Shown: positions 9,736-19,425, counted from the whole stretch's first letter. The stretch is DNA of 63,446 nt, filler included, from Thermoplasmatota archaeon (GCA_041623215.1; 5 parts of 5 records of this genome joined end to end with filler, not necessarily neighbours in it); one strand, 5' to 3'. The notes: generated by a model from the letters alone, not told the origin. Made by a program: numbers and translations.

Positions 9736-12324
9736 CTAGGGGTTGGCGCGTGGCAAGGGCGCCGGACCGGTCAGGTCGCCCGCCGCTGCATCGGCATCCG
9801 CGTCGGCAAGCGCGCCAGGGCGATCTGGCTCGGGTGGCGTGGTCAGAGGCAGTTCCACGTGGAACGTGCAGCCGTGCCCGTGCCCTTCACTACGAACTTC
9901 AATGGATCCGCCGTGGGCAGTCACAATGCCGCGGCTGATGTAAAGTCCCAAGCCGGTGCCGGTGGGCGCATCGGGGTCACTTGCATCATGCACCTGGCTA
10001 AACGGCTTGAAGAGACGCGCGATCTGCTCTGCGGTCAGGCCCGGACCCTGGTCAACCACGTCCAGCGTTGCAACGCCATCGCCTTCTGACACTACAATTT
10101 GAATGGCGGAGCCCTGCGGGCTGAACTTGATACCGTTGCTGACCAAATTGTACAGCACCTGGCTGATTCGGTTGGGATCAGCTTGCATCATGAGTCGGTT
10201 TGGCCCGGCCAGGTCAAGCTGAATTTTGCGCTGGGCAGCTTGTGCCTCGAAGGACTCGATGGCTTCCCTCGTCACTCGTGCCAGGTCCATGGTTTCCGGC
10301 ACAATCCGCAGGCGGCCAGCTTCTAGGCGGGCAACATCAAGAATGTCTCCAACCAGCCGGGCGAGCCGCTTCACGTTACGGTCGAGGATGTCGGCGGCGC
10401 GGCGCTGCCGTTCGTTGAGGTCGCCCAGCAGGCCACTCGTCAGCAGGTGCAGTTGCAGCTGGATGGGGGTAATGGGGGTGTTTAATTCGTGGCTGGTGGC
10501 GTTGAGAAGCCGGGTTCGAAACGCGTCCACCTCCTTGAGCTTCTCCACTTCCAGCAAGCGCTCGAAGGCCAAGCGTTCTGACTCTTCCGCTTGCTTGCGA
10601 TTGGTGATGTCACGTATGGCCGCCACGACGAGGCGCCCTTCCGGGTCGTCAATCGGGCTCAGGCTAATCTCAACGGGAAACTCACTGCCGTCCTTTCGCG
10701 TGGCCTTGAGATCCAGGCCGGACCCCATCGGCCTGGCATGTGGGTCTTGCGTGTAGGTGTGGCGGTGCCCGCGATGCTTCGCGTGTAACGTCTTGGGAAT
10801 CAGCGTTTCGACGGGCAGGCCCTGCAATTCGCCGGCGGTATAACCAAAGAGGTCGTGGACGCGCGGATTGCAGTGGACAATGATTCCCTGCTGGTCCACA
10901 ATCACCATGGCATCCGGAGCCGACTCGAGGACAGCTTCGAAGCGTCGCTCCTGACTGGCTTGGTCTGTGGTGTCAATCATGACGCCAAAGAATACGAGGG
11001 GGCGGCCGTCTTCGTCGTCCTCGGTGGCACCAAATGTCCGGACATCGCGGACTTGGCCGTTGGGCCAGCATACGCGGTGGTCAAGGACAAAGGGTTCGCC
11101 CTCCTCCACGCAAGCTTGCAAGGCTTTGGCCACCGCCGGCCGGTCCTCTTCGTGCACCGGGGCCATAAGATTGCGCTCTGACGGCCGCGAATTCTTGGCG
11201 TCAAGACCCAAGATGGTGTACAGGCTGGCGCTCCAGGTTTCACGACCTTCTATGAGGTCTCGTTCCCAGCTTCCCATGCGCGCCAGGTCCTGTGCCTTCT
11301 CAAGTTGCCTGCGCGTGCGGCGCATGGTGGCTTGCGCCCGATCTCGGGCTGCCATTTGGGTGCGTAAGTCCTCGACGACGCCGGCTAGGGCTTTGGTGCG
11401 TTCCTCCACGGTTCGCTCCAGCAGAGCGGCCGTCACGCGCCGTTCGTAGGCGGCAGTTCCAAGGCTGATGGTCGAGACTGCTGCCGCCGCCAGATACGTT
11501 TGGAGTAGCAACAGCCCCTGGTCCAGGGAATGCCCCGCAAAAGGACCTAGGCCATTGAAGGTGGCAGCAATCGACACAACGGATAGCGCGAGCAGACTGG
11601 CCGTGGCGGCTCGCCGATCCATCCATTGGCCGATTGCTACCAGAATCGGAATGACTAGGAATGCTACGGGGAAGGCCTGTGACCCAAAACCGCCAGGGCC
11701 GGCAAAAACGAGCCAGGCTACAACGACCGTCGCCGTTACGGCCAACAGCATGGCCGGCCAGGCAATTGGATGCGATCGGCCCGTAATCCACGTCACCAAA
11801 AGGGGCGTGAAAAGCAGCGCCCCCGTCGCATCCCCCCACCACCAATGTAGCCACAAGCGCGGCACGGCGTCGGCGCCGGCTATGCCCCACACGGCCAGCG
11901 ACCCCACGCCCACTGTCGCACTCACCAAGCTCGCCACGACCGCGCCGCCAAGCACGAAGCGAAGGTAGGCATCCCCTGTTTTGAAAGCGTCAATGCCACG
12001 GGCGAACCTTTCTGTTAGCCACGTGCCGGTTACGGCCGCCAACGTATTGCCGGCGGCAATGGTCAGGCTTGCGCCAGCACCCGCGCCGGATACGAGATTG
12101 GCGAAGAAGGCACCCACTGCGATGGCAGGCCAATAGGGGCGACCCCACAGCAGGAGCGCTGCAATGGCTAGACCCATCGGCGGCCAAACCGGACTCACCT
12201 GGGCATGCACGGTGGCAAAGAGGGCGAGGCTGGCGACGGCCAAGACGAAGTAGGCCGCGGCCACCATTGCCGCTCTAGCCAGGAAGCGCCAATTGGACGG
12301 GCGTCGGACCACCAAATCCATCAT
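9736..12324 (-). CDS. Sensor histidine kinase, MASE1-PAS-PAS-HisKA-HATPase
   Basis: MASE1 motifs (SPVWPPMG, GNTL, WWWGDATG), two PAS domains (GSWERD..VHEEDR; ESAPDAM..RKDGSEFPVEISLSP), H-box SHELNTP, N-box NLVSNGIKF, G-boxes DQGPG and GTGLGL. Confidence 0.93.
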   Translation of the reverse strand: MMDLVVRRPSNWRFLARAAMVAAAYFVLAVASLALFATVHAQVSPVWPPMGLAIAALLLWGRPYWPAIAVGAFFANLVSGAGAGASLTIAAGNTLAAVTGTWLTERFARGIDAFKTGDAYLRFVLGGAVVASLVSATVGVGSLAVWGIAGADAVPRLWLHWWWGDATGALLFTPLLVTWITGRSHPIAWPAMLLAVTATVVVAWLVFAGPGGFGSQAFPVAFLVIPILVAIGQWMDRRAATASLLALSVVSIAATFNGLGPFAGHSLDQGLLLLQTYLAAAAVSTISLGTAAYERRVTAALLERTVEERTKALAGVVEDLRTQMAARDRAQATMRRTRRQLEKAQDLARMGSWERDLIEGRETWSASLYTILGLDAKNSRPSERNLMAPVHEEDRPAVAKALQACVEEGEPFVLDHRVCWPNGQVRDVRTFGATEDDEDGRPLVFFGVMIDTTDQASQERRFEAVLESAPDAMVIVDQQGIIVHCNPRVHDLFGYTAGELQGLPVETLIPKTLHAKHRGHRHTYTQDPHARPMGSGLDLKATRKDGSEFPVEISLSPIDDPEGRLVVAAIRDITNRKQAEESERLAFERLLEVEKLKEVDAFRTRLLNATSHELNTPITPIQLQLHLLTSGLLGDLNERQRRAADILDRNVKRLARLVGDILDVARLEAGRLRIVPETMDLARVTREAIESFEAQAAQRKIQLDLAGPNRLMMQADPNRISQVLYNLVSNGIKFSPQGSAIQIVVSEGDGVATLDVVDQGPGLTAEQIARLFKPFSQVHDASDPDAPTGTGLGLYISRGIVTAHGGSIEVRSEGHGHGCTFHVELPLTTPPEPDRPGALADADADAAAGDLTGPAPLPRANP

Positions 12325-13106
12325 CCATCGGACCTCGTTGGTTTAGCGCGCGCTTCCACCGACTTGACGTGAAACGTTTCGCGAATCCAGCGAGGAGGAC
12401 GGTAGGCAACCAGGACGGTCGTGGCAGCAGCCAGTGCGATGAAGCGGCTTGCAATCTGCCACCAATCTTGGTCGCCAAGTGTCGAGAAAGACGCCACCAA
12501 GGAACTGCTGAACCAGAAGATAATGCTCCAACTGACAAGGGCCACACGGTAGCGACTGGTGCGGTCATCGACGCGGAAAAAGAGCGTGAAGTACGCCAAG
12601 GCGCCCACGATTTGGGGCCCAATCAATAGGAGGATTACGATGGCGAACAACAGGGACCCAGCCGTGTCAGTTGCATAGTCGATGCTTACTTGCCAACGCT
12701 CCACAAGGACCCCGACTGGGTCGCCTGCGAGGATGAAGTCGGCCAGCAGTCCGAAGTACACGAGGTAGAAAATGGTCAGCGGCACCCAGAGGCTCCGGCG
12801 CCCTGTGAACAGGTAGCCCAAGTAATACAGGAGGCCACCTAAGGCAATGCAAATCAGGAGCAGATTGACGAATGTGGTTGCAAGCCAAAGGCGCAGCGAG
12901 GTGTAACCGGCCGCCGCAGTCAAGGTTAGCCCAGCACCAATCAGTGTGGACGCCGCCAGGCCCCACCACCAGGCGACGAATCCGGCGTTGGGCAGCTCCT
13001 CATCGTCGTTGACCACGCGGTTTCGCACGACGGCACCCACCACGAAGTACAGCATCGCACTGGCGACCGCGAAGGCTGCGGACGCGGCCAGGGTCGCCGA
13101 GCTCAT
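12321..13106 (-). CDS. Stand-alone ~7-TM membrane protein (sensor-like)
   Basis: About seven hydrophobic segments. ATGA overlap with the kinase and TGATG overlap with the upstream KaiC-like gene. Confidence 0.8.
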   Translation of the reverse strand: MSSATLAASAAFAVASAMLYFVVGAVVRNRVVNDDEELPNAGFVAWWWGLAASTLIGAGLTLTAAAGYTSLRLWLATTFVNLLLICIALGGLLYYLGYLFTGRRSLWVPLTIFYLVYFGLLADFILAGDPVGVLVERWQVSIDYATDTAGSLLFAIVILLLIGPQIVGALAYFTLFFRVDDRTSRYRVALVSWSIIFWFSSSLVASFSTLGDQDWWQIASRFIALAAATTVLVAYRPPRWIRETFHVKSVEARAKPTRSDG

Positions 13107-13370
13107 CAGATGAGCCTCCGGGCACGTTTTTCGATGCTGGAATGCCGCGCGCTGCCGCTGCTGATGCCCTCCACGCCCTCGAAGGTGCCGTGAACGGAGA
13201 ACCCGCCTTCATCTAGCGTCAGACGACGGTACGACCGGTCGTGAGAACCGCCACGAAACTTCAGGATGTTGACCGCCTTTTCGAGGCTGGCATCCAGTTC
13301 CACGTACCGGAGCAAAATCACAGCATCGACCAGAAACTCCAGGCCATACTCGCTGATGTGGACCGCCGGG
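13106..13370 (-). CDS. KaiC/RAD55-family ATPase, C-terminal fragment (contig edge)
   Basis: EYGLEFLVDAVILLRYVELDASLEKAVNILKFRGGSHD...GVEGISSG matches the KaiC-type C-terminus. Confidence 0.85.
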
Positions 13371-13470
13371 NNNNNNNNNNNNNNNNNNNNNNNNNNNNNN
13401 NNNNNNNNNNNNNNTTAATTAATTAANNNNNNNNNNNNNNNNNNNNNNNNNNNNNNNNNNNNNNNNNNNN
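13371..13470. other. Artificial contig linker (N-TTAATTAATTAA-N)
   Basis: N runs flank a spacer with stops in all six frames. The same structure occurs four times in the window. Confidence 0.98.
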
Positions 13471-13639
13471 CGCTGTGCGCAACATCGCCAAGGGCGGCCT
13501 TGCTGGCAGCCACAAGAGCACCAAGCCGGCTGCTCACTGCCTCGCCGATGAAATCCTGAAAGCCTCCAAGGGCGACGCCCAGTCGTTCGCGGTGGGCAAG
13601 AAGGACGAACTTGAGCGTGTCGCCAAGTCGGCCCGTTAA
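13471..13639 (+). CDS. rps7: 30S ribosomal protein S7 (uS7), C-terminal fragment
   Basis: Absent from the ORF track. Manual translation gives AVRNIAKG...[33 protein letters not shown], the archaeal/eukaryotic uS7 ending. Confidence 0.95.
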
Positions 13640-13654
13640 GGCGGCGCCCACACA

Positions 13655-13681
13655 CCTTCCTTTTCCCCTTCCCCTCCCTTT
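13655..13681 (+). terminator. Pyrimidine-rich putative terminator after rps7
   Basis: CCTTCCTTTTCCCCTTCCCCTCCCTTT about 15 nt after the stop codon. Confidence 0.5.
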
Positions 13682-13711
13682 GCAACGTGGCGCTTTCGCG
13701 TCACGGTCAGC

Positions 13712-15202
13712 CTAGTACCTGTTACGGAAACTGAACAGGGCCGCGGCCGAACCCACCAGCGCAATTGTGCCAACGATGAACCACGTATCGGGGATTCCGC
13801 CCTCGTCCGCCTGGGGACGCGCACCCACCGGCACTCGTTCCGCCGTGGCCGCCTCCAACCCAGTTTCATCTACGATTGTCAAGGTCACGACAAAGCGACC
13901 TGGCCCCGCATAGAGGTGGTGCGGGTTACGTTCCCGGGATTCGGCGCCGTCCCCAAACGCCCATCGGAATTGCTCAATCACGGTATCGTCAGTAGCGAAC
14001 GAGGCGTCCTGGAATCGGACCAGCAGTGGCTCGTCCGTATCCCGCTCATAGGAAAAGCGGGCCGTCAGATATTCGACCGTGGTGGCGTTGCTGAATACGC
14101 GTTCCTGACTGGCCCCGGAGCCCCCTTGGCTGCCTCCGCCATTGGATCCGGTGCCGCCGTTGTCGCCGCGGGCCTCCCCGGGCTCATCCACGTCACCTCC
14201 TGCATCTTGGCTGGTGGTAGTGTGCTGGGCCCCGGTGATTCGATAGAGGTCGTCGCTCGGATTGATTCCATCAGTGCCGCCAAGCAGCGTAGCTCCTGCT
14301 TCATCGTCCCAGTAGCCCACCATGGCCGCGCGCGCTGCGGGCAGCCGCAAGCCCGTGTCCACAACTCGTGCGGCATCGGCCTCGAAGCGAATGACGTCCC
14401 GGAGTGCTCCGGCGGAAAAGCCTCCCACGACGAGGATATCATCCCCCGTCCAGACCGCCGTGGCGTCTTGGCGCGGCGACGGCAATCGCACATCCAGGAC
14501 GGTGACGACGTCAAACAGCGGATCGTAGCGCAGGATGGCATCGCTGGCCCCTTGGGGCGTCGATCCACCAAACATGTAGGCCACGCCAGTTGCGTGGTCC
14601 CACGCCGCCGCTGCGCGCCAGCGTGCCTCGGGCAAGTCTGCACGAGCCTGGTACAAGTCCCCGGTGAGCGGGTCGTAGCGGTAGATGCGTTGGTGGCTGG
14701 CGGCTCCATCGTCCCCTCCCAGAATCAGAACCTCGTCTCCCGTCCACACAACACTGGCATGGCTAATTGCGGCACCGGGAATAATGTCCGCCACGACCAC
14801 TTCATCCAGCACAGGGTCGTAGCGCAGCAGTGCCCGTCCGCGCGAGTCTCCTTCGAAGCCGCCGACGAGGTACGCCTTGCCGTCGGCCCACGTGGCGCCT
14901 GCAGCCGTCAGCCCGCCAGGCAATATTGCTTGCATGCGCGTGAAGGAGCCGGCCGCAGGATCATAGCGGTAAATGGTGTCGAGGCGCGTGCCTGACTCGG
15001 TGACCCCGCCAAAGAGGTACGCAACTTCCCCTGTCCATGCCAAGGCCATGCCATGCGCGGGAACGGGCAGACTCGCCTTCGCTGTGGTAACCGCATCCAC
15101 ACTCGCGGCGGCCGGCACCGCGATGAGAAGCGCACACGCGACCACGGCCACCAACGCAGGCCACGGCACGCGGGCGCGGCGGCCGGTCGGCAAGCGTTCC
15201 AT
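13712..15202 (-). CDS. Surface Kelch-repeat beta-propeller + PKD domain protein with C-terminal membrane anchor
   Basis: Signal peptide, about six Kelch repeats (YLFGG..IYRYDP), Gly/Ser linker, PKD motif (FRWAFGDG..NPHHLYAGPGRFVVTLTIVD), C-terminal TM helix. An alternative start lies at 15232. Confidence 0.88.
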   Translation of the reverse strand: MERLPTGRRARVPWPALVAVVACALLIAVPAAASVDAVTTAKASLPVPAHGMALAWTGEVAYLFGGVTESGTRLDTIYRYDPAAGSFTRMQAILPGGLTAAGATWADGKAYLVGGFEGDSRGRALLRYDPVLDEVVVADIIPGAAISHASVVWTGDEVLILGGDDGAASHQRIYRYDPLTGDLYQARADLPEARWRAAAAWDHATGVAYMFGGSTPQGASDAILRYDPLFDVVTVLDVRLPSPRQDATAVWTGDDILVVGGFSAGALRDVIRFEADAARVVDTGLRLPAARAAMVGYWDDEAGATLLGGTDGINPSDDLYRITGAQHTTTSQDAGGDVDEPGEARGDNGGTGSNGGGSQGGSGASQERVFSNATTVEYLTARFSYERDTDEPLLVRFQDASFATDDTVIEQFRWAFGDGAESRERNPHHLYAGPGRFVVTLTIVDETGLEAATAERVPVGARPQADEGGIPDTWFIVGTIALVGSAAALFSFRNRY

Positions 15203-15385
15203 CGAGTCCAGCGTGGGCGTAGCGGCTCGCACAGGGGGGCACCACCGCGCCGCTTGATACCCTTTGTTGGTTGCATGCCGCGCCGTCCGTCAGGAGGCGA
15301 GGTCCCAACCCTTTTATCGGGCCGCAGGTCCGCCCAACCAACCGCCCAGGCCACAAGGCTGGGCATGAATCACCTGGTGACAGCC

Positions 15386-17587
15386 ATGGGCCGTAAGGAA
15401 GACAACATCAAGAAGGCGACCACGATCATGCACGATCTGGACGCCATCCGCAACATCGCCATCGCCGCGCACATCGACCACGGCAAGACCACCTTCAGTG
15501 ACAACCTGTTGGCCGGTGCCGGCATGATGAGCGAAGATCTGGCCGGCGATCAGCGCGCCTTGGACTTCGACGAAGAAGAACAAGCGCGTGGCATCACCAT
15601 CAACTCGGCCAGTGCCTCCATGGTGCACAAGTTCGGTGACAAGGATTACCTCGTCAACCTCATCGACACCCCCGGCCACGTTGACTTTGGTGGCGACGTA
15701 ACCCGTGCCATGCGCGCCGTTGACGGCTGCATCATCCTCGTGTGCGCCGTCGAAGGCCCCATGCCCCAAACGGAGACCGTGGTCCGCCAAGCCCTGCGTG
15801 AAAAGGTAAAGCCGACGTTGTTCATCAACAAGGTGGACCGGCTCATCAACGAGCTCAAGGTTACCCCCGAGCAGATGCAGGAGCGGTTCGTCAAGCACAT
15901 CAACAAGGTGAACAACCTCATCAACAAGAACCTCCCGCCCGAATTCAAGGGCAAGTGGGGTGTCCGCATTGAGGACGGCACCGTCATGTTCGGCAGTGCC
16001 TACCACAACTGGGGCATGAGCGTCCCCTACATGCAGAAGAGTGGCATGAACTTCGGCCGCATCTTCGAATTGTGCAACGCCAACGACGAAAAGGCGCTCG
16101 CGAAGGAGTGCCCCATCGCCGAAGTGGTTCTCGACACGGTGGTTCGCTCACTGCCGTCGCCGAAGGTCGCCCAGGATTACCGGATTCGCCACATCTGGCA
16201 CGGCGACCACGAATCGTCCATGGGTAAGGCCATGATTGCCGCCGACGCAAAGGCGCCGGCCACGTTCATGGTGACCAAGATTATGATTGACCCCCACGCT
16301 GGTGAAATCGCCGTGGGTCGTTTGTTCAGCGGCAACCTGGAGCGCGGCAGGGAATTGTTCATCGCCGGCACCAAGACCAAGAACCGTGTCCAGCAAGTGG
16401 GCGTGATGATTGGCAGCGACCGGATTGCGGTCGACAATATCAGCGCCGGCAACATTGCAGCCGTCACCGGCCTGCGCGATGCCATGGCCGGTATGACACT
16501 CACCGAAGACCAGGAAATGGACCCCTTCGAGCGCATCATCCACGTCAGCGACCCCGTCGTGACCGTGGCCGTGGAAGCCAAGCACATGAAGGACCTGCCC
16601 AAGCTGGTCGATGTCCTTCGCAGCGTTTCCAAGGGTGACCCCAGTCTCCAGGTGAACATCAACCAGGAGACCGGCGAGAACCTGATGAGTGGTATGGGCG
16701 AACTCCACTTGGAAATCATCCAGCACCGCATTGAGCGCGACTACAATCTCGAGATCGTGGTTGGCCAGCCCATTGTGGTGTACCGTGAAACCGTGAAAGG
16801 CCCCAGCCCCAGCGCGTTCGAGGGCAAGTCACCCAACCGCCACAACCGCTTCTACATCACAGCCGAACCGTTGCCCGAGGACGTCGTCAAGGCGTTGCAC
16901 GACAACGAGATTCCCCAGGACGCCAAGAAGTTCAGCAAGGAAGTTGAGCAAGCGCTGGTCCACAACCATGGCTGGGAGAAGGACATCGCGAAGAAGGTCA
17001 AGTGCATTGACGGCACCAACATGATTGTTGACACCACCAAGGGTATCCAATACCTGCACGAGACCTTTGAGCTGATTAACGAAGCCTTCCGCGAGGCTGT
17101 TAAGGCTGGCCCCCAGGCCGGCGAACCGGTTCAGGGCGTCCTCTACAAGATGCACGACGCCAAGCTGCACGAGGACGCCGTCCACCGTGGCCCGGCGCAA
17201 GTCATCCCCGCCGTTCGCAACGCCATCTACGGCGCCATGACGGAAGCAGGCCCCGTCCTCATTGAACCCATGCAAAAGGCCGTCGTCACCGTCCCCGATG
17301 ACGTGATGGGTGCGGCCACGCGCGAGTTCCAGTCACGCCGTGGCACCATTGAAGACATGAGCAACGAAGGCGACTCGACCACCATCGAAGCCAAGACGCC
17401 CGTGGCCGAAATGTTCGGCTTCGCTGGCGCCATTCGCTCTGCGACCGGTGGCCGTGCCATCTGGAGCACCGAGAACATTGGCTTCGAAACGTTGGACTTC
17501 CAATTGCAAGATGGTGTAACGCGCCAGATTCGCGAGCGCAAGGGCCTCAAGCCCGAACCCTACCCCGCCTCCTACTACGGCGACTAA
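15386..17587 (+). CDS. fusA: Elongation factor 2 (aEF-2)
   Basis: AHIDHGKTT, RGITI, DTPGHVDF, NKVD and diphthamide loop HEDAVHRGPAQ. Start trimmed to MGRKEDN. Confidence 0.97.
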   Translation: MGRKEDNIKKATTIMHDLDAIRNIAIAAHIDHGKTTFSDNLLAGAGMMSEDLAGDQRALDFDEEEQARGITINSASASMVHKFGDKDYLVNLIDTPGHVDFGGDVTRAMRAVDGCIILVCAVEGPMPQTETVVRQALREKVKPTLFINKVDRLINELKVTPEQMQERFVKHINKVNNLINKNLPPEFKGKWGVRIEDGTVMFGSAYHNWGMSVPYMQKSGMNFGRIFELCNANDEKALAKECPIAEVVLDTVVRSLPSPKVAQDYRIRHIWHGDHESSMGKAMIAADAKAPATFMVTKIMIDPHAGEIAVGRLFSGNLERGRELFIAGTKTKNRVQQVGVMIGSDRIAVDNISAGNIAAVTGLRDAMAGMTLTEDQEMDPFERIIHVSDPVVTVAVEAKHMKDLPKLVDVLRSVSKGDPSLQVNINQETGENLMSGMGELHLEIIQHRIERDYNLEIVVGQPIVVYRETVKGPSPSAFEGKSPNRHNRFYITAEPLPEDVVKALHDNEIPQDAKKFSKEVEQALVHNHGWEKDIAKKVKCIDGTNMIVDTTKGIQYLHETFELINEAFREAVKAGPQAGEPVQGVLYKMHDAKLHEDAVHRGPAQVIPAVRNAIYGAMTEAGPVLIEPMQKAVVTVPDDVMGAATREFQSRRGTIEDMSNEGDSTTIEAKTPVAEMFGFAGAIRSATGGRAIWSTENIGFETLDFQLQDGVTRQIRERKGLKPEPYPASYYGD

Positions 17588-17637
17588 GGGTTGCGCGCAA
17601 TCCGCCTCGGTTAGGCCCTCGCCCAGAGCGGCCATTG

Positions 17638-17660
17638 TCCCTTTTCCCTTCCCCCTTTTT
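17638..17660 (+). terminator. Pyrimidine-rich putative terminator after EF-2
   Basis: TCCCTTTTCCCTTCCCCCTTTTT downstream of the stop codon. Confidence 0.5.
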
Positions 17661-17713
17661 GCACCTGGTCCCTTCCGTTTGCCGGTTAAACCGGTCCAAG
17701 GCGAGTAGCAAGC

Positions 17714-18322
17714 GTGACGGAGGCAGCGGTGCGACCGACAGGCCTAGCAGGCCTGGACCGCCGAATCGGCGGCGGCTTCGCCCCGGGCACCGTCCACCTT
17801 TTGGTTGCGGCACCGATGAACGCCGTAGAGGCGCTGTGTCTTCAGGCGGCCAAGGCGTTCGAGCGTTCGAAATTGTTCATCGCCGGCCCACACCTCGGGG
17901 ACCTCGAGGAAGCCACGGCTCAATGGGACCACGTCTCGGTACGGGAGCGCGACCCGCGAAAACCGCTGCCGCGCCTGGAAGCAAACACGCGCCATATCAT
18001 CTGGTCGCTGACGCCGTTCATCGAGGCACAGGGTAAGCAGGCCATCCTGCCGCAACTTGCCCAATTGCGAACGCAAGCTCGCAAGAACGGTTCGGATGTC
18101 CTCGTCGTGGTTGAGAAGGACGCGCTGGACTCGGCCATCATGGGCTGCCTGGCCTCCTGGGCCGACGGCGTTATGGAGCTCGGCTTTGACCGCCAAGGGT
18201 TTGGCCTGTACCCGTTCCTGCAAATCAACAAGATGCGGGGCGTGCCAGGCTCAGCCTGTATGATTCTTTTCAAGGAAACCGACGAAGGCCTGTTCTTCGA
18301 ATCTACGCGGCGGGTGGTGTAG
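17714..18322 (+). CDS. KaiC/RAD55-like protein with degenerate Walker A/B motifs (putative pseudo-ATPase)
   Basis: PTGLAGLDRRIGGGFAPG, WADGVMEL and LQINKMRG are KaiC-like, but the P-loop position reads AAPMNAVE. Confidence 0.8.
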   Translation: MTEAAVRPTGLAGLDRRIGGGFAPGTVHLLVAAPMNAVEALCLQAAKAFERSKLFIAGPHLGDLEEATAQWDHVSVRERDPRKPLPRLEANTRHIIWSLTPFIEAQGKQAILPQLAQLRTQARKNGSDVLVVVEKDALDSAIMGCLASWADGVMELGFDRQGFGLYPFLQINKMRGVPGSACMILFKETDEGLFFESTRRVV

Positions 18323-18324
18323 CG

Positions 18325-19425
18325 TTGGCTCGCATGGCTACTAGAACGCGTGCCAAGCAAGTGACTTCCGGACGGCCTCGTCGGGCAACGGCGTGGTCCA
18401 ATGATGACGGCGTGAGCCCCGTGGTTGGATCCATTCTCATCCTGGCACTCACGGTGGTGGGCATGGGCGCCATTCTGTTCTGGGGGATGCCAGCGGTACA
18501 GGACGCCCAGCAGAGGGCGACCCAGGACGGCATGGAGGAGACGCTCAAGGACTTACGACAGCGGACCCTTGTCCTGGGTGTGCCCGATGCGGCTCAGGTC
18601 CCGGTCGTCCGCGTAGCCGAAGGCTCGCTTGCCACCAGCGACGGCGACCATTGGCTGGTTTCGGCCAATCATGACGCCACCAACCCGGACTGTGAGTTTC
18701 GGCTGACCAATTGGGACGACGGCGACGCCTCCTTTACCCTTGACTTGACTGCGTGCCGGACACCGACCACTGGCATTGGTTGCACTACGTGTCTGGTGGT
18801 GTCGGAGGTGGCCGGGGGCGTCTTGACAGACGGGGGAGCTACGTTGACAGGCAGCACGGTGACCGTCACTTCACCGATGGCCGGCAAGGATTGGTACGTG
18901 CGAATGTTCCAGGGCACAACTACCTACGCGCAGGCGTGGATTGTGCAATCCGGCGACATTTCTTGGACCGGCGACGGCCGCAGTAGCCGCTTGACCGGCG
19001 GAGCCATCTATTCACAGCAGGACGATGTTGTCTATCTCTTGCAGCACCCGCCCGTCCAGGAGAATGCGTTCGGGACCGGCGACTACCTGCTTCGCTTGCC
19101 CACGACCAGCGGTAGTGATTCTACCACATCAGGGTCGGACATTCAGTTTTACCTCGGCCTGTCGGGAATTCACGCGCGCATCGATGACCCGACCTATACG
19201 CTGCGCTACCAGGCAAGTGGCTCGCTCGCCGAGTCGTGGTGCAATGCGTGGCTGCTTCGAAACCAGCAAGTCGCAGGCACTCCGTATGTTGCCGATGACG
19301 GCTGCGATGCAGCCGAACCGTCAGTTCGCTACCGCCTCGTGGACCCCCCCAGCGGCAACCCGGGAGCGGCGGTCTTCAATTTGGAGGTGTTACAGATTGA
19401 TGTCCAAACTGAACTTATTCTCTAG
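18325..19425 (+). CDS. Large type IV pilin-like protein (class III signal peptide)
   Basis: DDG|VSPVVGSILILALTVVGMGAILFWG prepilin motif followed by a beta-rich ectodomain with Cys pairs. Confidence 0.85.
   Translation: MARMATRTRAKQVTSGRPRRATAWSNDDGVSPVVGSILILALTVVGMGAILFWGMPAVQDAQQRATQDGMEETLKDLRQRTLVLGVPDAAQVPVVRVAEGSLATSDGDHWLVSANHDATNPDCEFRLTNWDDGDASFTLDLTACRTPTTGIGCTTCLVVSEVAGGVLTDGGATLTGSTVTVTSPMAGKDWYVRMFQGTTTYAQAWIVQSGDISWTGDGRSSRLTGGAIYSQQDDVVYLLQHPPVQENAFGTGDYLLRLPTTSGSDSTTSGSDIQFYLGLSGIHARIDDPTYTLRYQASGSLAESWCNAWLLRNQQVAGTPYVADDGCDAAEPSVRYRLVDPPSGNPGAAVFNLEVLQIDVQTELIL

Noticed and set aside
12321..13106. Microbial rhodopsin
   Set aside because: It has about seven TM helices, but I see no retinal-binding DxxxK motif in the last helix and no RYxDW motif in helix C.
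13371..13470. TTAATTAATTAA motif repeated four times at roughly 12-13 kb spacing
   Set aside because: It is an artificial all-frame-stop linker inside N runs. It is not biological, and synteny across it is meaningless.
13712..15202. Second galactose oxidase
   Set aside because: It has Kelch repeats only, with none of the Cys/Tyr/His copper-radical ligands or the DUF1929 domain.
15053..15385. 111-aa N-terminal extension on EF-2 (844-aa ORF)
   Set aside because: It overlaps the opposite-strand Kelch gene and the promoter region. Homology starts at MGRKEDN (15386).
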